DNA of 64,000 bases, taken from an uncultured Acidobacteriota bacterium (lineage in GTDB: Bacteria; Acidobacteriota; Thermoanaerobaculia; UBA5066). Made by a program: the position numbers and the translations under genes. Location of the stretch: NCBI GenBank assembly GCA_963779415.1, contig CAVZYA010000001.1, positions 1,056,001 through 1,120,000 of the forward strand, read 5' to 3'. The stretch's first letter is position 1, and the number at the start of each line of letters is the position of its first letter. This document shows, one piece after another, positions 20,679-30,100 of the stretch. The notes beneath the pieces are model-generated. The model saw only the letters and a list, made by a program, of their open reading frames with translations. It did no database searches and was not told the DNA's origin.

Positions 20679-20757
20679 TTAGCAGCAAATTTAGGCGTAA
20701 CTTGATCGCAAGTCAAGAGCCACGCCTCAATTCGCTGGGATATCCTGTGCAGCCGAA

Positions 20758-21168
20758 ATGAAGAAAGTTCTCGCGATCGTCGGGATCACTCTCGGAGTCG
20801 TCGCGCTTCTCTGGGGAGGGTTCGTTCTCATGTTCAGCCGTCCGTTCACCAAGGACGCCGCCGTCTTCGCCGCATCGCGCTGGACGTCGGGCAACCGGAT
20901 CTTCCCGACGCAGATCGCCGTCTTTCCCACGCGCGTCGTCCGCCATACGCCGAAGTGGATCGGGCACGAGGAGGAGACGATCTCGATCGACCAGATCGCC
21001 TCGGTTCGCATCAGCGCCGGCCTCCTGTTCGCCGACGTCATCATCGAGACGACGGGCGGCTCGCAGCCGATCGTCTGCCACGGGCACTGGAAGAAAGACG
21101 CACAGGGGATCCGGGAGAAGATCAGCGAAGCCCAGGCCGCGCGGCGCTTCGCGTCGCCGGCCCCGTAG
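20758..21168 (+). CDS. Small membrane-anchored protein with a bacterial PH-like domain
   Basis: N-terminal hydrophobic helix, then 'EETISIDQIASVRI..GLLFADVIIETTGG', typical of bPH domains. Confidence 0.7.
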   Translation: MKKVLAIVGITLGVVALLWGGFVLMFSRPFTKDAAVFAASRWTSGNRIFPTQIAVFPTRVVRHTPKWIGHEEETISIDQIASVRISAGLLFADVIIETTGGSQPIVCHGHWKKDAQGIREKISEAQAARRFASPAP

Positions 21169-21170
21169 CC

Positions 21171-21189
21171 GGCGGCGGCTGCCGCCGCC
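21171..21189. terminator. GC hairpin between convergent genes
   Basis: GGCGGCGG-CTG-CCGCCGCC lies between the PH-like gene stop and the argJ stop. There is no U-tract. Confidence 0.35.
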
Positions 21190-21198
21190 TCCCCGGCC

Positions 21199-22380
21199 TC
21201 AGCTCCGGTAATCCGCGTTCAGCGAGACGTAGTCGTGCCCGAGATCGCACGACAGCTTCGAGGCGCTCGCGGAGCCCGCGCCGAGATCCACGGTCACCGG
21301 GACCCTCTCCTTCGAAAAGAGGCGCGCCGCATCCTTTTCCCGGTAAGGAGAGATCGTTCCTTTCGAGACGAGGATGAGAGGTCCCACCGAAAGGGAGACC
21401 TTCCGCTCGGAGAAGCGGGCCCCGCTCCGCCCGACGGCGGCGAGGATCCGCCCCCAGTTCGGGTCGCCGCCGTGGAGCGCCGTCTTCACGAGCGGGGAGG
21501 TCGCGACGGCGTGCGCGGCGAGCTTCGCCTCCCGGGCGCTCCGGGCTCCCGTGATGGTGATCTCCATGACGCGCGTCGCCCCCTCGCCGTCGCGGACGAT
21601 CATCCAGGCGAGCTGCCGGCAGACCTCGGTCAGCGCGGAGACGAAAGTTCCCGGGTCGCGCTCGCCGTCGAGGCTCGGGTTCCCGAGGGCCCCGGAGGCC
21701 ATGAGGAGGACCGTGTCGTTCGTGGAGGTGTCGCCGTCCACGCTGATGGCGTGGAAACTGGAGTCGGCGGCCTCGCGGAGCGCCTTCTTCAGGAACGCCG
21801 GAGTCGCGGCCACGTCCGTGACGATGAAAACCAGCATCGTCGCCATGTCCGGATGGATCATTCCGGCCCCCTTCGCGATGCCGACGATGCGGCCTCGTCG
21901 GCCGGCAACGTGGAACGAGCCCTGGGCCACCTTCGGGCCGACGTCCGTCGTGAGGATCGCGTGCGAGGCGGCCGAGACGCCCGAGGCTGAGAGGCGCCGG
22001 ACGGCATCCGGGAGCGCCGCGTGGATCTTCGCGTCCGGAAGGACGACGCCGATGACTCCCGTGGACGCGAGGAAGATCTCCTCGGGCGGGCAATCGAGCA
22101 GCTCCGCCGCCCGGCTCCGGACCCGCCGCGCCGCGGCGAGGCCGGCGGCTCCGGTGGCCGCGTTCGCGCAGCCCGAATTGGCGACGACGCCGTGCACGCG
22201 CCCGCCGCTCTTCGAAAGGCCGCGGCGCGAAAGGACGACCGGGGCCGCCTGAAAACGGTTCTTCGTGAAGAGGGCGGCCGCGTCCGCCCCCTTCGGGGCC
22301 ACGAGGAGCGCCACGTCCGGCCGTTTCTTCCGGATCCCGGCACGGACCCCCGCAGCGAGGAATCCTCTCGGCAACCTCAC
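21199..22380 (-). CDS. argJ: Ornithine acetyltransferase (bifunctional ArgJ family)
   Basis: NSGCANAATG, STGVIG, autoproteolysis motif KGAGMIHPDMATML, DGDTSTND, DGEGAT and C-terminal NADYRS. Confidence 0.95.
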   Translation of the reverse strand: MRLPRGFLAAGVRAGIRKKRPDVALLVAPKGADAAALFTKNRFQAAPVVLSRRGLSKSGGRVHGVVANSGCANAATGAAGLAAARRVRSRAAELLDCPPEEIFLASTGVIGVVLPDAKIHAALPDAVRRLSASGVSAASHAILTTDVGPKVAQGSFHVAGRRGRIVGIAKGAGMIHPDMATMLVFIVTDVAATPAFLKKALREAADSSFHAISVDGDTSTNDTVLLMASGALGNPSLDGERDPGTFVSALTEVCRQLAWMIVRDGEGATRVMEITITGARSAREAKLAAHAVATSPLVKTALHGGDPNWGRILAAVGRSGARFSERKVSLSVGPLILVSKGTISPYREKDAARLFSKERVPVTVDLGAGSASASKLSCDLGHDYVSLNADYRS

Positions 22381-23771
22381 CGCGCCCCTCCTTTCCGCGC
22401 CGCCGTGATGCGGCGGAGCGCGACGCGGGCCGCGGCGGCGACCCGAGCCGGCGCCGTCCCTCCGGTCGCGCGCCGCTTCGCGAGGGCGCGGGAGACGTCG
22501 AGGGCCGCGAGGTCCTTCCGCGTGATCCCGCCGGACGGGCCCATCGCGGCGAGGCGCTCGCCCCGGCGCTCCGCCTCGGCGATCCGCCGGCCGACGATCT
22601 CGTGGGCGCGCCGGAAAGGGACGCCGCGGGCGGCGAGCGCGTCCGCCAGCTCCGTCGCGAGGAGCCGGTCGTCCGCCGCCGCCTCCCGCATCCGCTCCCG
22701 GTCGAGCCCCAGAGTCGTCACGAGCCGGGTCAGCGCCGGAAGGAGCGCCGCGAGGAGAGCGCGGACGCGGAAGACCGGCTCCTTGTCGAGCTGCAGGTCC
22801 TTGTCGTACGCGAGAGGGATTCCCTTGACGACGGCGAGGAGCCCCGCGAGCTCCCCGATCGCGCGTCCCGCGTGGCCGCGCGCGAGCTCGAGGAGGTCCG
22901 GGTTCTTCTTCTGCGGCATCCGCGAGGAGCCGGTCGCGAGGGCGTCCGGAAGAGTCACGAACCCCGCCTCGTCCGAGGAGAGGAAGATGACGTCTTCCCC
23001 GAACCGCGAGAGGTGGACGAGGAGGAGCGCCGAGGCGAAGAGGTACTCGACGGCCGCATCGCGGTCCGAGACGGCGTCGAGGGAGTTCGCCGTGGGGCGG
23101 TCGAAGCCGAGTGACCTCGCAAGAACTTCACGGTCGACCCGGACGGGGGTCCCCGAAAGCGCCCCCGAGCCCAGCGGGCATTCGTTCGCCCGACGCCGGG
23201 CCGCCGCGAGCCGGTCGGCGTCGCGCCGCAGCATCTCGACGTAGGCGAGGCACCAGTGGCCGAAGGTGACCGGCTCGGCACGCTTCAGGTGCGTGTAGCC
23301 GGGCATCGGCGTTCCCGCCTCGATCCGGGCACGCGCGGCGAGGGCGGCGGCGAGGTCGAGGACGAGAGAGCGCGCCTCGTCGAACGCTCCCCGGAGATGG
23401 AGACGGAAGTCCGTGGCGACCTGGTCGTTCCGCGAGCGCCCCGTGTGGAGCTTCCCCGCGAGGGATCCGACCCGCCGGCGAAGAGTCCCTTCCACGTAGG
23501 AGTGGACATCCTCGTAGGAGGTCCCCTCCGGGACGCCGGGAAGCCCGGCGGCTCCGATCGCGCGAAGCGCCTTCACGAGCCGAGCCACCTCGCGCGGCGT
23601 CAGCGCCTTCGCCCGTCCGAGCGCCTCGGCCCACGCGACCGACCCCGCGACGTCCTCCGGGAGAAGGACCGCGTCGAATCCGAACGAGTCGTTCAGCTTC
23701 CGGAGCGCCTCCGCGGGGGGCTCGGAAAACCGGCCGCCCCAGAGCGTCGCTCTCGCGGAGGGCTTCTTCAA
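22377..23771 (-). CDS. argH: Argininosuccinate lyase
   Basis: [22 protein letters not shown], signature [12 protein letters not shown] and YDKDLQ. TTG start overlaps the argG stop. Confidence 0.95.
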   Translation of the reverse strand: MKKPSARATLWGGRFSEPPAEALRKLNDSFGFDAVLLPEDVAGSVAWAEALGRAKALTPREVARLVKALRAIGAAGLPGVPEGTSYEDVHSYVEGTLRRRVGSLAGKLHTGRSRNDQVATDFRLHLRGAFDEARSLVLDLAAALAARARIEAGTPMPGYTHLKRAEPVTFGHWCLAYVEMLRRDADRLAAARRRANECPLGSGALSGTPVRVDREVLARSLGFDRPTANSLDAVSDRDAAVEYLFASALLLVHLSRFGEDVIFLSSDEAGFVTLPDALATGSSRMPQKKNPDLLELARGHAGRAIGELAGLLAVVKGIPLAYDKDLQLDKEPVFRVRALLAALLPALTRLVTTLGLDRERMREAAADDRLLATELADALAARGVPFRRAHEIVGRRIAEAERRGERLAAMGPSGGITRKDLAALDVSRALAKRRATGGTAPARVAAAARVALRRITAARKGGAR

Positions 23772-25015
23772 CCTTCCCCCACCACCACGGCCGGGTAGGG
23801 CTTCCCCTCCTTGGAGAGCCGCTCGCGCCCCTTCGTCGGAAGGCCGAAGAGACGGATGAACCCCTCGGAGTCCTTCGGCGTGAAGCCCCGCATGTCGAAG
23901 GAGGCGAGCGACGTCGAGTAGAGCGCGTACGGCGAGGTGCGGCCCACGACGATGCAGCTCCCCTTGTAGAGCTTGAGCGTGACGCTCCCCGTCACGGTCC
24001 GCATCAGCTGGGCCATGAACGCGTCGAGAGCCTCCCGGAGCGGCGAGAACCACTGCCCGAAGTAGACGAGCTCCGCGTAGCGCGAGCCGAGCCGGGCTTT
24101 CTCGTGCGAGGAGTCGCGGTCGAGCGTGAGCGACTCGAGAGCCCGGAGCGCGGCGACGAGGACCGTCCCCCCCGGCGTCTCGTAAACCCCGCGCGACTTG
24201 ATTCCGATGAGCCGGTTCTCCACGAGGTCGACGCGCCCCACGCCGTTCCGCCCGGCGATCCCGTTCAGCTTCTCGATCAGCTCGACGGCCGGGTGCGGCT
24301 CGCCGTTGACCGAGACCGGGATCCCTTCGACGAAACCGACCGTCACCCGCTCGGGAATGGCGGGCGCCTTCTCGGGGTCGACCGTCAGCTTGAACATGGA
24401 GGCCTCGGGCTCGAAGCCCGGCTCCTCCAGCGGCCCCCCCTCGTGCGACAGGTGCCACAGGTTGCGGTCCCGCGAGTACGGTTCCTTCCTCGTTGCCACG
24501 ACCGGAATCCCCCGCGCGGCCGCATAGTCGATCGCGTCCTCCCGGGAGCGGATCTCCCATTCGCGCCAGGGCGCGATGATGGCGAGCTCCGGCGCGAGCG
24601 CCTGATACGTCAGCTCGAACCGGACCTGGTCGTTCCCTTTCCCGGTGCAGCCGTGCGAGAGCCCGTCGCACCCGGTCGCGAGCGCGACCTCGACCTGCTT
24701 GCGCGCGATCAGGGGGCGCGCCGTCGCCGTGCCGAGGAGGTACTCGTGCTCGTAGACGGCCCCGGCCTTCAGGACCGGGAAGATGTAGTCCGTCGCGAAC
24801 TCGGCCCGGGCGTCGATCAGGTGAAAGTCGCAGGCGCCCGTCTTCCGAGCCTTCTCGGCGAGGCCTTCCGTCTCCTCCTTCTGTCCGACGTCGACGGCCA
24901 CGGCCACGACCTCGCAGCCGTAGTTCTCCTTGAGCCAGGGGATGATGATCGAGGTGTCGAGCCCGCCGGAGTAGGCGAGCGCGACCTTTTTCACCTTGGG
25001 GGTCTTCGTGCTCAC
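23768..25015 (-). CDS. argG: Argininosuccinate synthase
   Basis: [38 protein letters not shown] and [11 protein letters not shown]. Confidence 0.97.
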   Translation of the reverse strand: MSTKTPKVKKVALAYSGGLDTSIIIPWLKENYGCEVVAVAVDVGQKEETEGLAEKARKTGACDFHLIDARAEFATDYIFPVLKAGAVYEHEYLLGTATARPLIARKQVEVALATGCDGLSHGCTGKGNDQVRFELTYQALAPELAIIAPWREWEIRSREDAIDYAAARGIPVVATRKEPYSRDRNLWHLSHEGGPLEEPGFEPEASMFKLTVDPEKAPAIPERVTVGFVEGIPVSVNGEPHPAVELIEKLNGIAGRNGVGRVDLVENRLIGIKSRGVYETPGGTVLVAALRALESLTLDRDSSHEKARLGSRYAELVYFGQWFSPLREALDAFMAQLMRTVTGSVTLKLYKGSCIVVGRTSPYALYSTSLASFDMRGFTPKDSEGFIRLFGLPTKGRERLSKEGKPYPAVVVGEG

Positions 25016-26220
25016 GCGCTTGTCTCCTTGAGGATTTCGTCGAGGGTGTCGAGGAAGCCGCGGAGCGCCGCCCTCGGGACGACGTACGGCGGAAGGAGCC
25101 GGAGCACCTTCGACCGCGCCGTTCCGACGACGTAGCCCTTTGCGAGAAGTCGCTTCTGGACGGGCGAGGCCTCGCGGTCGAGCTCGATCCCCCAGATCAG
25201 GCCGCGCCCGCGGACCGCCGTGATCGCGGGCTGCTTCTTCATCAGCCGGCGAGCCGCCTTTCCGAACCACGTTCCGAGCGCCCCGACGCGCGAAAGGAGA
25301 CCGCCGTTCTCGATCTCGTCGAGGACCTCGAGGCCGAGGCGGCAGGCGACCGGGTTGCCGCCGAACGTCGTCCCGTGGAGTCCCGGCTTCAGGAGACCGT
25401 CAAGGGCCGGCCCTGTCAGGACCGCGCCGAGCGGGAGTCCTCCCCCTAGCGGCTTGGCGAGCGTGACGATGTCCGGGACGACGCCGAGCTCGCGGAAGAC
25501 GAAGAGATGGCCGGTCCGCCCGAGGCCGCTCTGCACCTCGTCGAGGACGAGAAGGGCGCCCGTCTGGTCCGCGGCCCGCCTCGCCGCGGCGACGAATTCG
25601 GGGGTGAGCGGGACGATCCCCCCCTCGCCGAGGATCGGCTCGAGGAAGATCGCGGAGGTGTCCGGGGTGACCGCGGCCAGAAGCGCCGCGGTGTCGTTCG
25701 GCGCCACGAAGACGGCCGACGGGACGAGCGGCTCGAACGGCGTCCGGTACGGCTCGTGCCCCGTGATCGAGAGCGCCCCGAACGTCCGTCCGTGAAAGCT
25801 TTCTTCCAGCGCCACGATCCTCGAGCGGCCGGGGTTCTTCAGGCGCGCGAACTTCAGCGCCGCCTCGATGGCCTCCGTCCCCGTGTTGCAGAAGAAGACC
25901 TTCGAGAGGCCGGACGCACGGACCAGCCGCTCGGCGAGGAGCCCGTGCGCCGGGATGTAGAAGAGGTTCGAGACGTGCCAGACGCCCGTCGCCTCTTCTT
26001 TCATCGCCTTCACGAGACGGGGATGTCGGTACCCGAGCGCATTGACGGCGATGCCGCCCAGAAGGTCCCAGTACTCCTTCCCGTCGGCGTCGACGAGCCT
26101 CGCCCCCTTCCCCGATCGGGGATGAAAGGGGGTCCGTGCGTAGGTCGGAAGGACGTGAGCGCGGTCCCGCTCCTCGACGGCGGCGGGGGCGAAGCTTTCG
26201 GGGGCGTCAGTCCGCAGCAA
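25012..26220 (-). CDS. argD: Acetylornithine aminotransferase (class III PLP)
   Basis: [37 protein letters not shown] lysine in LAKPLGGG and HGTTFGGNP; located in the arg operon. Confidence 0.92.
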   Translation of the reverse strand: MLRTDAPESFAPAAVEERDRAHVLPTYARTPFHPRSGKGARLVDADGKEYWDLLGGIAVNALGYRHPRLVKAMKEEATGVWHVSNLFYIPAHGLLAERLVRASGLSKVFFCNTGTEAIEAALKFARLKNPGRSRIVALEESFHGRTFGALSITGHEPYRTPFEPLVPSAVFVAPNDTAALLAAVTPDTSAIFLEPILGEGGIVPLTPEFVAAARRAADQTGALLVLDEVQSGLGRTGHLFVFRELGVVPDIVTLAKPLGGGLPLGAVLTGPALDGLLKPGLHGTTFGGNPVACRLGLEVLDEIENGGLLSRVGALGTWFGKAARRLMKKQPAITAVRGRGLIWGIELDREASPVQKRLLAKGYVVGTARSKVLRLLPPYVVPRAALRGFLDTLDEILKETSA

Positions 26221-27013
26221 GGCAGGTTCCTCCGGTTCCGTCCGCGAGGGCCGAGGCGTGGCTCCCGGGACCGGCGATGACTACCCGCTCCACGCCGGCA
26301 TGGACGGCGTCGAGACAGGCCAGGAGCTTCGGACGCATTCCACCGCCGACCGTGCCGGAGCGGATGAGGCTCCAGGCGGCGGCGGGATCGAGACGGGGGA
26401 TCAGCTTCTCCCCGGCGTCGAGAAGGCCGGCCACGTCCGTCAGGAAGACGAGCGTCTCGGCCCGGAGGGCCGAAGCGAGCGCCGCGGCGGCCGAGTCGGC
26501 GTTCACGTTCAGGAGGGTCCCTTCGCGGCCGAGAGCGACGGAGGCGACGACCGGCAGGAGCCCGGCCCCGAGGACGGCGGAGAGGAGCGTCGGGTTCGAG
26601 TAGGTCACGCGCCCGACGAAGCCGAAGTCGACACCGTCGATCCGGGGATGAAACTCGGCCCAGAGCGTGTCTCCGTCCGCTCCCGAGAGCCCGGCCGCGA
26701 GAATCCCGAGCGATCGGAGCTCGGCGATGAGCGACTTGTTCACGACGCCGGAGAGGACCGAGACGACGACGTCGAGCGTCTCGGGATCGGTGATCCGGAG
26801 GCCCCGGTACGTCTTCTTCGGAATCTTCAGCGCCTGCAGGGAAGCGTCGATCCGCTTGCCGCCCCCGTGGACGACGACGATCTTCTTTCCGGCCGTCCAG
26901 CGTGCGGCGATCGCGCCGAGCGCCTTCTCGCGGAGGTGTTTCTCCTCGAGCAGGCTTCCGCCCAGCTTCACGACGGTCAATCCGGGTACGGGGGCCGTGA
27001 CGATGCCGCTCAC
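26207..27013 (-). CDS. argB: Acetylglutamate kinase
   Basis: VKLGGS, VHGGGK, GLRITD, NVNAD, LTDVAG and GGMRPK. Confidence 0.95.
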   Translation of the reverse strand: MSGIVTAPVPGLTVVKLGGSLLEEKHLREKALGAIAARWTAGKKIVVVHGGGKRIDASLQALKIPKKTYRGLRITDPETLDVVVSVLSGVVNKSLIAELRSLGILAAGLSGADGDTLWAEFHPRIDGVDFGFVGRVTYSNPTLLSAVLGAGLLPVVASVALGREGTLLNVNADSAAAALASALRAETLVFLTDVAGLLDAGEKLIPRLDPAAAWSLIRSGTVGGGMRPKLLACLDAVHAGVERVVIAGPGSHASALADGTGGTCLAAD

Positions 27014-28029
27014 CGGAGCCCCTCCGTCTCCGCGAAGCGGAAGACGCGGTTCATGTTCTGGACGGCCTGCGAAGCGGCCCCCTTGAGGAGATTGTCGATC
27101 ACGGAGACGAGGACGGCGCGCCGGCGGCCCGGGAGAAGCGCGAAGCCGATGTCGCAGCGCGGCGTCCCGACCACGTCCGAAAGCTCCGGAAGCTCCCCCG
27201 CGGGGCGAACGCGGACGAAAGGAGCCTCCGCGTAGACCGCATAGGCGGCCCCGAGAGATTCCGGGGAGAGGGGCGAGGGGAAGGAAACGTGGATCGTCGA
27301 GAGGATCCCCCGCACCGCGGGGAGGAGGTGCGGAACGAAGACGAAGGGGGCGTCCGCCGCGATCCCGAGCTCCTGCCGCATCTCGGGCTCGTGCCTGTGG
27401 GTGCCGACGCCGTACGCCTTGAAGTTCCCGGAAAGTTCGGCGAAGGAGTAGGCGAGATCGCTCCTCTTCCCGGCGCCCGAGACGCCGCTCTTACTGTCGC
27501 AGATCACCGGCTGCGCGCCGTCGAGGAGGCCGAGGACCGGCCGGAGCGCGAGGAGGACCGAAGTCGGATAGCACCCCGGGTTCGCGACGAGGCGTGCGCC
27601 CGGGAGCGTGGCGCCGCACCACTCCGTCAGGCCGTAGACCGCCTCGGCGAGAAGCGAGGGGGCAGGATGAGTGAAGCCGTACCAGGCGGGATACGCGGAC
27701 GCGTCGCGAAGCCGGAAAGCGCCCGCGATGTCGATCACGCGGACGCCGCGGGCGAGGAGCTCCGGAGCGATCTCGGCGGAAGTTTCGTTCGGCGTCGCGA
27801 GAAACGCCATCTCCGCGCCGCTCCTCTCGAGGGCTTCGGATGAGAACGGCACCGCGTCCGGGCCGCTCCGGCCGCCAAGCGCGGGGTGGATCTTTTCAAA
27901 CGGCACCGCTCCGTCCTTCTTTCCCGAGGAGAAGAGGGCCGCGAGTTCGACTCGCGGGTGGCGCGAGAGAAGAACGGCCAGCTCGCTGCCGGAGTATCCG
28001 GTGGCGCCGACGACGGCGACTTTCCTCAC
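27010..28029 (-). CDS. argC: N-acetyl-gamma-glutamyl-phosphate reductase
   Basis: GATGYSG, ANPGCYPT, SGVSGAG, HRHEPE and DNLLKGAASQAVQN. Confidence 0.96.
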   Translation of the reverse strand: MRKVAVVGATGYSGSELAVLLSRHPRVELAALFSSGKKDGAVPFEKIHPALGGRSGPDAVPFSSEALERSGAEMAFLATPNETSAEIAPELLARGVRVIDIAGAFRLRDASAYPAWYGFTHPAPSLLAEAVYGLTEWCGATLPGARLVANPGCYPTSVLLALRPVLGLLDGAQPVICDSKSGVSGAGKRSDLAYSFAELSGNFKAYGVGTHRHEPEMRQELGIAADAPFVFVPHLLPAVRGILSTIHVSFPSPLSPESLGAAYAVYAEAPFVRVRPAGELPELSDVVGTPRCDIGFALLPGRRRAVLVSVIDNLLKGAASQAVQNMNRVFRFAETEGLR

Positions 28030-28538
28030 GCCTCTGCCTTCCGGGAAGAACGGGGACGCTCCAGGATTTCATTGAGCCGGCCGGCGAGCCTGACGGCGGT
28101 CTCGGGGGAAACCGTCGCGAGGAAGACGGTGTCGTCCCCCGCGATCGACCCGACGACCTCCGGCAGCTCGGCCTGGTCGATGGCGAGCCCGACCGGGTGC
28201 GCGGCCGCGGGAGGCGTCCTGACGACGACGAGCGTGTGGGCGGTCGCCACGCTCCGGACGTACGTTCGGAGGGCGCGTTCGAGGCGCGACGCGGCATGGT
28301 CGCGTGCCGGCGCCGGCGGAAGGATCCCACCCGTCGCATCCGGAGCGACATACCCGGCCGCCGTCTTCGCGAGCCCGAGGTCCCGAAGATCCCGTGAGAG
28401 CGTCGGCTGGGCCACCTGAAAGCCCCGCGTCGCGAGCCGGCGTTGAAGCTCTTCCTGCGAGTGGATCGACTCCTCGCGGACGACCCGGAGGATCTCGTCC
28501 CGGCGGCGGAGAGCGGAGGGTCCCGAATGAATATTCAC
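28026..28538 (-). CDS. argR: Arginine repressor
   Basis: wHTH SQEEL...L...GF.V.QPTLSRDL and arginine-binding GSIAGDDT. It heads the arg operon. Confidence 0.93.
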   Translation of the reverse strand: MNIHSGPSALRRRDEILRVVREESIHSQEELQRRLATRGFQVAQPTLSRDLRDLGLAKTAAGYVAPDATGGILPPAPARDHAASRLERALRTYVRSVATAHTLVVVRTPPAAAHPVGLAIDQAELPEVVGSIAGDDTVFLATVSPETAVRLAGRLNEILERPRSSRKAEA

Positions 28539-28559
28539 GTCAAAGAATATTGATTTGGA
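28522..28559. promoter_or_regulatory. Tandem ARG boxes overlapping the argR start and -10 region
   Basis: Cores CGAAT-gaat-ATTCA (28524-28537) and AGAAT-attg-ATTTG (28544-28557), compared with the consensus TGAAT-N4-ATTCA; 20-bp period. Confidence 0.75.
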
Positions 28560-28575
28560 ATCCGTAGAGTGTCAA
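28547..28575 (-). promoter_or_regulatory. Sigma-70-type promoter of the arg operon
   Basis: Minus strand TTGACA (28575-28570), 17 nt, CAATAT (28552-28547), then 8 nt to the argR GTG. Confidence 0.6.
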
Positions 28576-28670
28576 CTCTTTATTTCGAAAGGAATTCCCT
28601 GTCGATGACACTACATCCAGCCGAATCATCGCTGAGACACAAGAATAAATTAGTAAAAATGGTGAAATCT

Positions 28671-28685
28671 CCGAATAAAATTAGG
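28671..28685. promoter_or_regulatory. Second copy of CCGAA-N5-TTAGG, upstream of the ECF sigma gene
   Basis: CCGAA-TAAAA-TTAGG lies about 40 nt upstream of a TAGAAT -10-like box. Confidence 0.45.
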
Positions 28686-28763
28686 CTGCTTCTGCTGGAA
28701 ACGTCTCCCGGGATCGCAGGGACTAGAATCTCCAAGGCCGCGGAAGCTCGCGCCTTACAGAGA

Positions 28764-29318
28764 ATGCCGCATTACCAGGACCCAGCGGACGCCGATCTCG
28801 GACGGCTTCCGGACAAGCTCCGGCGGTTCTTCCTGTCGCGCGGCGTCCGGACCGAGGACGACGCCAAGGATCTTTCGCAGGAGACACTTCTCAGGGTCTT
28901 CCAGCGGATGACGCGCGGCGAGATTCTCGATTCGCTCGAAGCGTATTCGCTCGGCGTGGCCAAGAACGTCTTCCTCGAGTATTGCCGGCGGATTGCCCGA
29001 ACGAGCCTTCACGACGGCATCAGCGGCGCGGTCCAGATCGCCGGCGGCGACGATCCCCTCTCCGACGCCCTCGTCTCCAGCCGGGCGCTCCGGTTCCGGC
29101 GGGCGCTCAACCTCCTCCCGGCCCGGATGAAGGCTCTTCTCGTCCGCCGCTTCGTCGAGGAAATTCCGTCCCGTGCGATTGCGAGGGAGGAAGGAATCTC
29201 GACCGACGCCGTCGACATGCGCGTCTACCGTGCCAAACGGGAGCTCCGGAAACGCATGGATGCCGAACCGCGCGCGAAGCCGCGAATGACGCGCGACGGC
29301 GGAGACGAGGCGCCGTGA
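28764..29318 (+). CDS. ECF RNA polymerase sigma factor
   Basis: Region 2 'DAKDLSQETLLRV...GVAKN' and region 4 'IAREEGIS..AVDMRVYRAK.EL'. ATG 28764 is preferred over the longer ORF start. Confidence 0.88.
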   Translation: MPHYQDPADADLGRLPDKLRRFFLSRGVRTEDDAKDLSQETLLRVFQRMTRGEILDSLEAYSLGVAKNVFLEYCRRIARTSLHDGISGAVQIAGGDDPLSDALVSSRALRFRRALNLLPARMKALLVRRFVEEIPSRAIAREEGISTDAVDMRVYRAKRELRKRMDAEPRAKPRMTRDGGDEAP

Positions 29319-30100
29319 GCACCGCCCCTCCGACCGCCGGCGAGATCCGGGACTACCTCCTTCGCCGTCTTCCCGAGCCGCGCCGCGCGACGCTCGAGGA
29401 GCAGTATTTCCGGGACGACGGCGTCCTCGAGCGCGTCGAGGAGGCCGAGGACGATCTCGTCTCGGACTACGTTCTCGGACGTCTCGCTCCCTCGGACCGT
29501 GCCTCGTTCGAAGCCTCGCTCCTCGACTCTCCCTATTACCGGAACCGCGTCGAGACGACGACCCAGATCCGCCTCCGCCTGAATCACCTCGACGTCTTCC
29601 GGAAGGGAAAGCGTCCCGTCGCGAGCCGGCTCCTCGCGGGGCGGACGGGCGCCTTCATCGCCGCCTCGTTCCTCTTCGTCCTCTTCCTCGCGGCGCTCGT
29701 CTCGGCCATCCGACTCAAGGGCGATCTCGAGACGGCGACGCGCGCCCTCGCCGGGAAGACGGCCTCGGCGCCCGAGCGGGTCATCCTTCTCCCCGCCGGC
29801 CCCGGCGGTGCCGGGGTCCGCATTCGGCGGACGCTCCGCGAAAGCCTCGTCCTCGTCCTTCCCCGGCCGCTCCTTCCGGATGGAGTCCGGACGTGGCACG
29901 CCGTCCTTCGCCTCGGAGACCGGAAGGTCTGGGAGAGCGGTCCGCTCGCGGCCGGAGGTCCCGAAGACGGGGACCTCGCGCTTCGCCTCCCGGCCGGAGA
30001 GCCCGCTCCGGGGCACTACGAGCTTCTCGCCACCGCCGACGGGAACCCGGCCGCGCCGCTCATGGTGGCCGCGCTCGACGTCGTCGAGCCGCCGCTCTAG
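29315..30100 (+). CDS. Putative single-pass anti-sigma factor
   Basis: GTGA overlap with the sigma gene. Helical N-terminus (IRDYLL.RL / LVSDYVLGRL), one TM helix (AFIAASFLFVLFLAALV) and a beta-rich C-terminal domain. Confidence 0.7.
   Translation: MSTAPPTAGEIRDYLLRRLPEPRRATLEEQYFRDDGVLERVEEAEDDLVSDYVLGRLAPSDRASFEASLLDSPYYRNRVETTTQIRLRLNHLDVFRKGKRPVASRLLAGRTGAFIAASFLFVLFLAALVSAIRLKGDLETATRALAGKTASAPERVILLPAGPGGAGVRIRRTLRESLVLVLPRPLLPDGVRTWHAVLRLGDRKVWESGPLAAGGPEDGDLALRLPAGEPAPGHYELLATADGNPAAPLMVAALDVVEPPL

Noticed and set aside
28569-28763. 65-aa N-terminal extension of the ECF sigma factor
   Set aside because: It crosses AT-rich promoter DNA holding a -10-like box and the candidate operator. 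ATG 28764 gives a normal ECF length.
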